In this document: piece by piece, positions 60,178 to 64,000 of the stretch | Layout: the number at the start of each line of letters is the position of its first letter | How positions within the stretch are numbered: position 1 is the stretch's first letter | Source of the DNA: Phoronis australis | Taxonomy: Eukaryota > Animalia > Phoronida | Assembly (NCBI GenBank): GCA_002633005.1 | Contig: NMRA01000999.1 | Coordinates: 1 to 64,000 of the forward strand | Direction of reading: 5' to 3' | Length of the DNA: 64,000 nt | The notes under the pieces: model-generated | The model's input: the letters and a program-made list of their open reading frames with translations, nothing else | Databases searched by the model: none | Told to the model about the DNA's origin: nothing | Made by a program: the position numbers and the translations under genes

Positions 60178-63100
60178 CTAGAACATTAAATGTTAACAGG
60201 TATACTGCCGCACTTTTTTCTTAGTCTGCAAGTCTCAAAGAAAGCTTTTAAAAATTTTACAGGGCATTGGCGACATTCATCAAATTTTGTCAAAGTTATG
60301 GCAAAAAATACAGAGGGAAAATGAAAAGGAATCTTAGTCAGAAATTTCAATTCAAAATTTCGCAAAAACATTTCACCAAAAACATTTGTACGGGAACTTA
60401 TTCCAATTCGAAACTAAGAGTGTATTTTATAAAATTCAGAAAATTTTCAAAAGCACAATATCTCAACTGACAAACAATATCCTGACCTCTGCATGTTAGT
60501 ACAGGAAAGTTGCTGACACTGTTACCAAAGGAGCAGGTAAACCAACAACTCGCAAAAATGCAATTAGGTTCAACAAGTCGTCTTGTGTCTGGTTCAGTTG
60601 GATGAATGGTAATAACGTTACGGTGAGCGAAGAGGGTTCACCAACCTTCCTCTGGTGCTCTGTTTAATTCCAACGGATTCGTCCTTCATGTAGGTTTTTT
60701 TTAATTTTTGACACAACTAATTGCTTGCATAACCTTGAGAAAATGTTTTCAAGTCAAAAGCTAAAAACATGAGTCAATAAACTGGCAGCAATGTCCCGTC
60801 CTGCTACAGAATTGGCAAGCAAAACATTTGATAACTGAACATATTAATTCTTACAACTCACCTGGAGACTTACCTGGATTGATTAAGATAAGAGTTTTCA
60901 ACGCCTCAAATTCGTACTTGTTGACTTTTAATTTTTTCACTAGCTTCACAATACCCAGTATCCTGCTAATGACATCACCCATCTGGAGGTCATCGGCTAG
61001 AAAGAAATTTATATAGCATGGAGTCTACTGCTAGCAATCGACAACTCTTCTAACAACTTTAATTAGAAGAATAGAAATTCACGTCCAGTCTCTCTCTCAT
61101 AAAACATGCCACTCAAATACCGAGCAATCCACGCAAATTAAACCCACTCATGACCATTTACTAATTCTTCCTTCAGTTACAGACAACAAGAAAATTGTTT
61201 TCTACAGATATTTCCAACTTCAAAACAAACCTTGATGCAAGTTGATTGTCTTTCCGAAAGAGATTTTGATCTCATCCACAGAGTCCATTGACCGCCAGAT
61301 GGCGTTGAGAGTCAAGAGTTCGGACCAGGAGTGTTTCAACAGAGCAAGCTGGTCAGAAACCTATGAACATAGCATGCATAAGATAACAATTACTTAAACA
61401 TTCTGTGTTTCATTAAACTGTGGATATGCAAATGCAGTACTAATTTAAAAACATCCCCAGAAATCATCCGAGAACCAGTTACCATAACAATCTCGCGAAA
61501 ATCTTTTTGCGAGACTTTTTATGAATGAGTTTATGGTAATTGTTGCCCAAATGAAAAAGGCACAATTTTTATTTGTTCATTTCACTATCGAATAATAATT
61601 TCATGTAAATATTTCAAATTACTAGGGGTTCTTATATGTTCTCAGTTGTAGTGTTTTCCCTAAACCAGCGATATATTTACATATTGTTTCTTTTAATGAT
61701 TATAGTTGTACATACAGTTCTCCAGGAAATCACAAGGTGGTACTGGCTACAAATTCAAACATTCACGGTTTTAATGAAGCATACCATCATTAAGTTTTAT
61801 TTAAAGCAAAATGCATTATGCACCAGTAGACATTTTCCAAGTGTTAGTTATTAAGTGGACATTACAAGGTAACTAAACTTTGATGATGTCACAGTACTGT
61901 GTCGATGATGTCACAGTATTGTGTTGATGATGTCACAGTATTGTGTTGATGATGTCACACTAATGTGTTGATGATGTTACAGTACTGCGTCGATGATGTC
62001 ACACTACTATGTTGATGTCATACTGTTGTGTTGATTTCCACAATTACGTCATCTCAGTAGTCTCACAAACATGGATTTCTCCAAAGCTCAAATTGGGTGT
62101 AAATTCAATTAAATACCACAGCAACTTCAGCCACAGGTCTGGATTGCTGAAAACACATTCACTGCATGACACCTGTTTCGATATTAAATTACTTACAGAG
62201 AATGATGAAAACAATGGTAGTTGACGTGTCCACTTAACCATCTGCCTCAAACAATGCTCTGCCATGTGGAAAAGCGACGTCAACAGGTCATGGTCCGTCA
62301 ACTTTTCTGGACTACCATCGCCATGGTTACCATCGCCTAGGAGGCTGGCACAGCTGGCTATGTCGGCTAGTAGCTTGGGAACTTCTGGTTCAGCTACGAC
62401 TGGAAGCTGAAGGGAAGATAGGTGGCGCTTCAGTGACCATGAACAGTGGCATGTTATAACGTGTTAGTGGATTGTCAGCAGTGAAGGTGTATGCAGTGTT
62501 GAAAATCTGACAAGATGCACTGTGACATTGTGTAAAGTACTCACATAACCAAGTTATAGACTATATAGTCTATTAACTATCACTAAGCCATAATTATATC
62601 CAAACATTTTTCATACACAGCCAATGGGTTACGTGCCAGTTAGATTTTCGGCTATGGGTTTTACAGCCTTAGTCAAACTAATGGTGTTGGGAGTGGATTG
62701 GACGTGTGATGTCATCCGTATAGACTGCAGGGGCATCTGTTGGCCGTCTTGTCTGCTTTTAGTGCAGAGCATGGCCAATGAAGATGACAATCCACTCTCA
62801 ATACCATTAGTTTGACAAAGGCTGTAGAACCCATAGTGAAAATGTTTACCGATAGGTAACTCATTCATTGTGTGTAAAGAACTTTTCAATATTATGTATC
62901 CGCCTGTTACATGAACTTGTTTTGTGACTTACCACTTGAAGTCTTTAACAAAGAATATTCCTGCTATTCTCGATAACTCTTAAATGTTTATAACACTGCT
63001 AAATACACAAAACCAAGTTGGAGTCAACTATAAATTCTCAAAAATGACTTAAAGCGGCATCAAACCCATGCTAACTTTTCTTTCAAAAAGTTTTGATTTA

Positions 63101-63991
63101 TGCCACATTATAAAATTAAATTTATCCTGCTCCTTACTCAATTTAGAAGCGACCTCTGCATGAAGTTTGAAGAAACAATCTGCCAGTTCATACAAGCCCA
63201 GATATCACACTTATTTTGACAAAGAAACAGTACGAGACCAATTCCACAGCAGAAAGTGGTCTAAACCAAAACATGTTTTTAGACAAAAAGCACAGGTTTA
63301 ATGCCACTTTAAATAATTATGACCAAATTTAGAAACATTATAGAGCTTGGAATGACCAATGTCAAAAAAGAGGACATTTTTCATGTGATGTATTGTTCCA
63401 CAAATGAATAGGCTTGTGTGACAGCAATAATTTTGGTGCTCCAAAATTTAACAGAAATCAATGTTTTTGCACGTCTTGAATAAAGGAAATCAAATAAGAG
63501 GAAATCCCAACCAAAAAGAGGAAATCCTCTTGTCTCATCTCTGACATAAAACTCTCCAACAAAAGGCTTAAAATCTGGAACCACAGAATGAATGGACTTG
63601 TTCAATTTATACTCAGGTTGACCGGCCCAAAATCAGCCTTCGAATTGACTGAGATTTTGATTCAAGTGTGTTGTCGTAGTGTTTGGTCACATACAGAGGA
63701 GTCTGTTCAACATTCATTGCCATCTTTAGGAATATCGTAAATTACACTTCAAACCACAAGTCCATGGATTCAATGCCTGGATGAAACAGTTATTAGAATT
63801 TCCCAGCATGCTTGAGTTCTCACACGTGCAGCGACTACTCACCACACGAACACATATCTTGGAGCTCTTTGATTGGCTGGGAGTCATACTCGCATACTGA
63901 CGCTTTTTGCTTGACGACTTGACGAGATTAAACTGGTTGGGCGTACCCTCGTAGGAACTGCGACCTCCCCTGTGTCGGTCAGCTCGGATAG
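59837..63991 (-). CDS. Hr39: Nuclear receptor NR5 family, NR5B/HR39 (FTZ-F1 beta)-like; 5'-partial, zinc fingers lie beyond the window
   Basis: Exons: 63843-63991 (AIRADRHRGGRSSY, FTZ-F1 box; compare HR39 AIREDRTRGGRSTY), 62197-62406 (VPKLLADI..AEHCLRQMVKWTRQLPLFSSFS), 61231-61360 (VSDQLALLKHSWSELLTLNAIWRS), 60874-60996 (YEFEALKTLILINP), 59837-60177 (DAEGL..KYPTRFGELLLRLADV..LLHECL..stop). Hinge exons near 63695-63723 and 62660-62821 are tentative. Confidence 0.82.
61881..62034. repeat. 22-bp minisatellite, about 7 units
   Basis: TGATGATGTCACAGTAYTGTGT units in a nuclear receptor intron. Confidence 0.95.
62197..62406 (-). CDS. Hr39: Nuclear receptor LBD exon (helices 1-3 and LBD signature)
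   Basis: cccttcag|CTTCCA...TTCTCT|gtaagt; contains the signature MVKWTRQLPLF. Confidence 0.9.
63053..63308. mobile_element. Kolobok-like non-autonomous element
   Basis: TTAA|AGCGGCAT...ATGCCACT|TTAA: TTAA duplication and purine-purine termini. Confidence 0.55.
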
Positions 63992-64000
63992 CTATGATGA

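Overview
This is a eukaryotic window: AT-rich, with spliceosomal introns, probably from a marine bilaterian invertebrate. I found no prokaryotic features, CRISPR arrays, rRNAs or intact tRNAs. Three intron-containing genes were rebuilt by hand from GT-AG sites with consistent reading phase. (1) An LRRC74A/B-like leucine-rich-repeat protein with a degenerate EF-hand on the minus strand (CDS about 6675-18363, 15 coding exons, about 643 aa). (2) An IRF1/IRF2-class interferon regulatory factor on the plus strand (CDS 37884-52280, 9 coding exons, about 374 aa). (3) The 3' part of an NR5B/HR39-like nuclear receptor on the minus strand (FTZ-F1 box plus ligand-binding domain, 59837 to past the window end). 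The rest is mostly non-autonomous DNA transposons, a Tc1 relic, L1/Tx1 fragments, a possible solo LTR, minisatellites, and a gap-flanked 1.4-kb duplication that is probably an assembly artefact. I see no clearly new biological system. The best leads are a possible decayed second IRF DNA-binding domain 2.6 kb upstream of the IRF gene, a kB-like plus GAS motif pair around an LTR-like insert in the IRF promoter, RFX X-boxes between LRRC74 and IRF, and a tandem splice donor that would add 4 aa to the nuclear receptor LBD. All family calls rest on motifs I recognised by eye, not on database searches.
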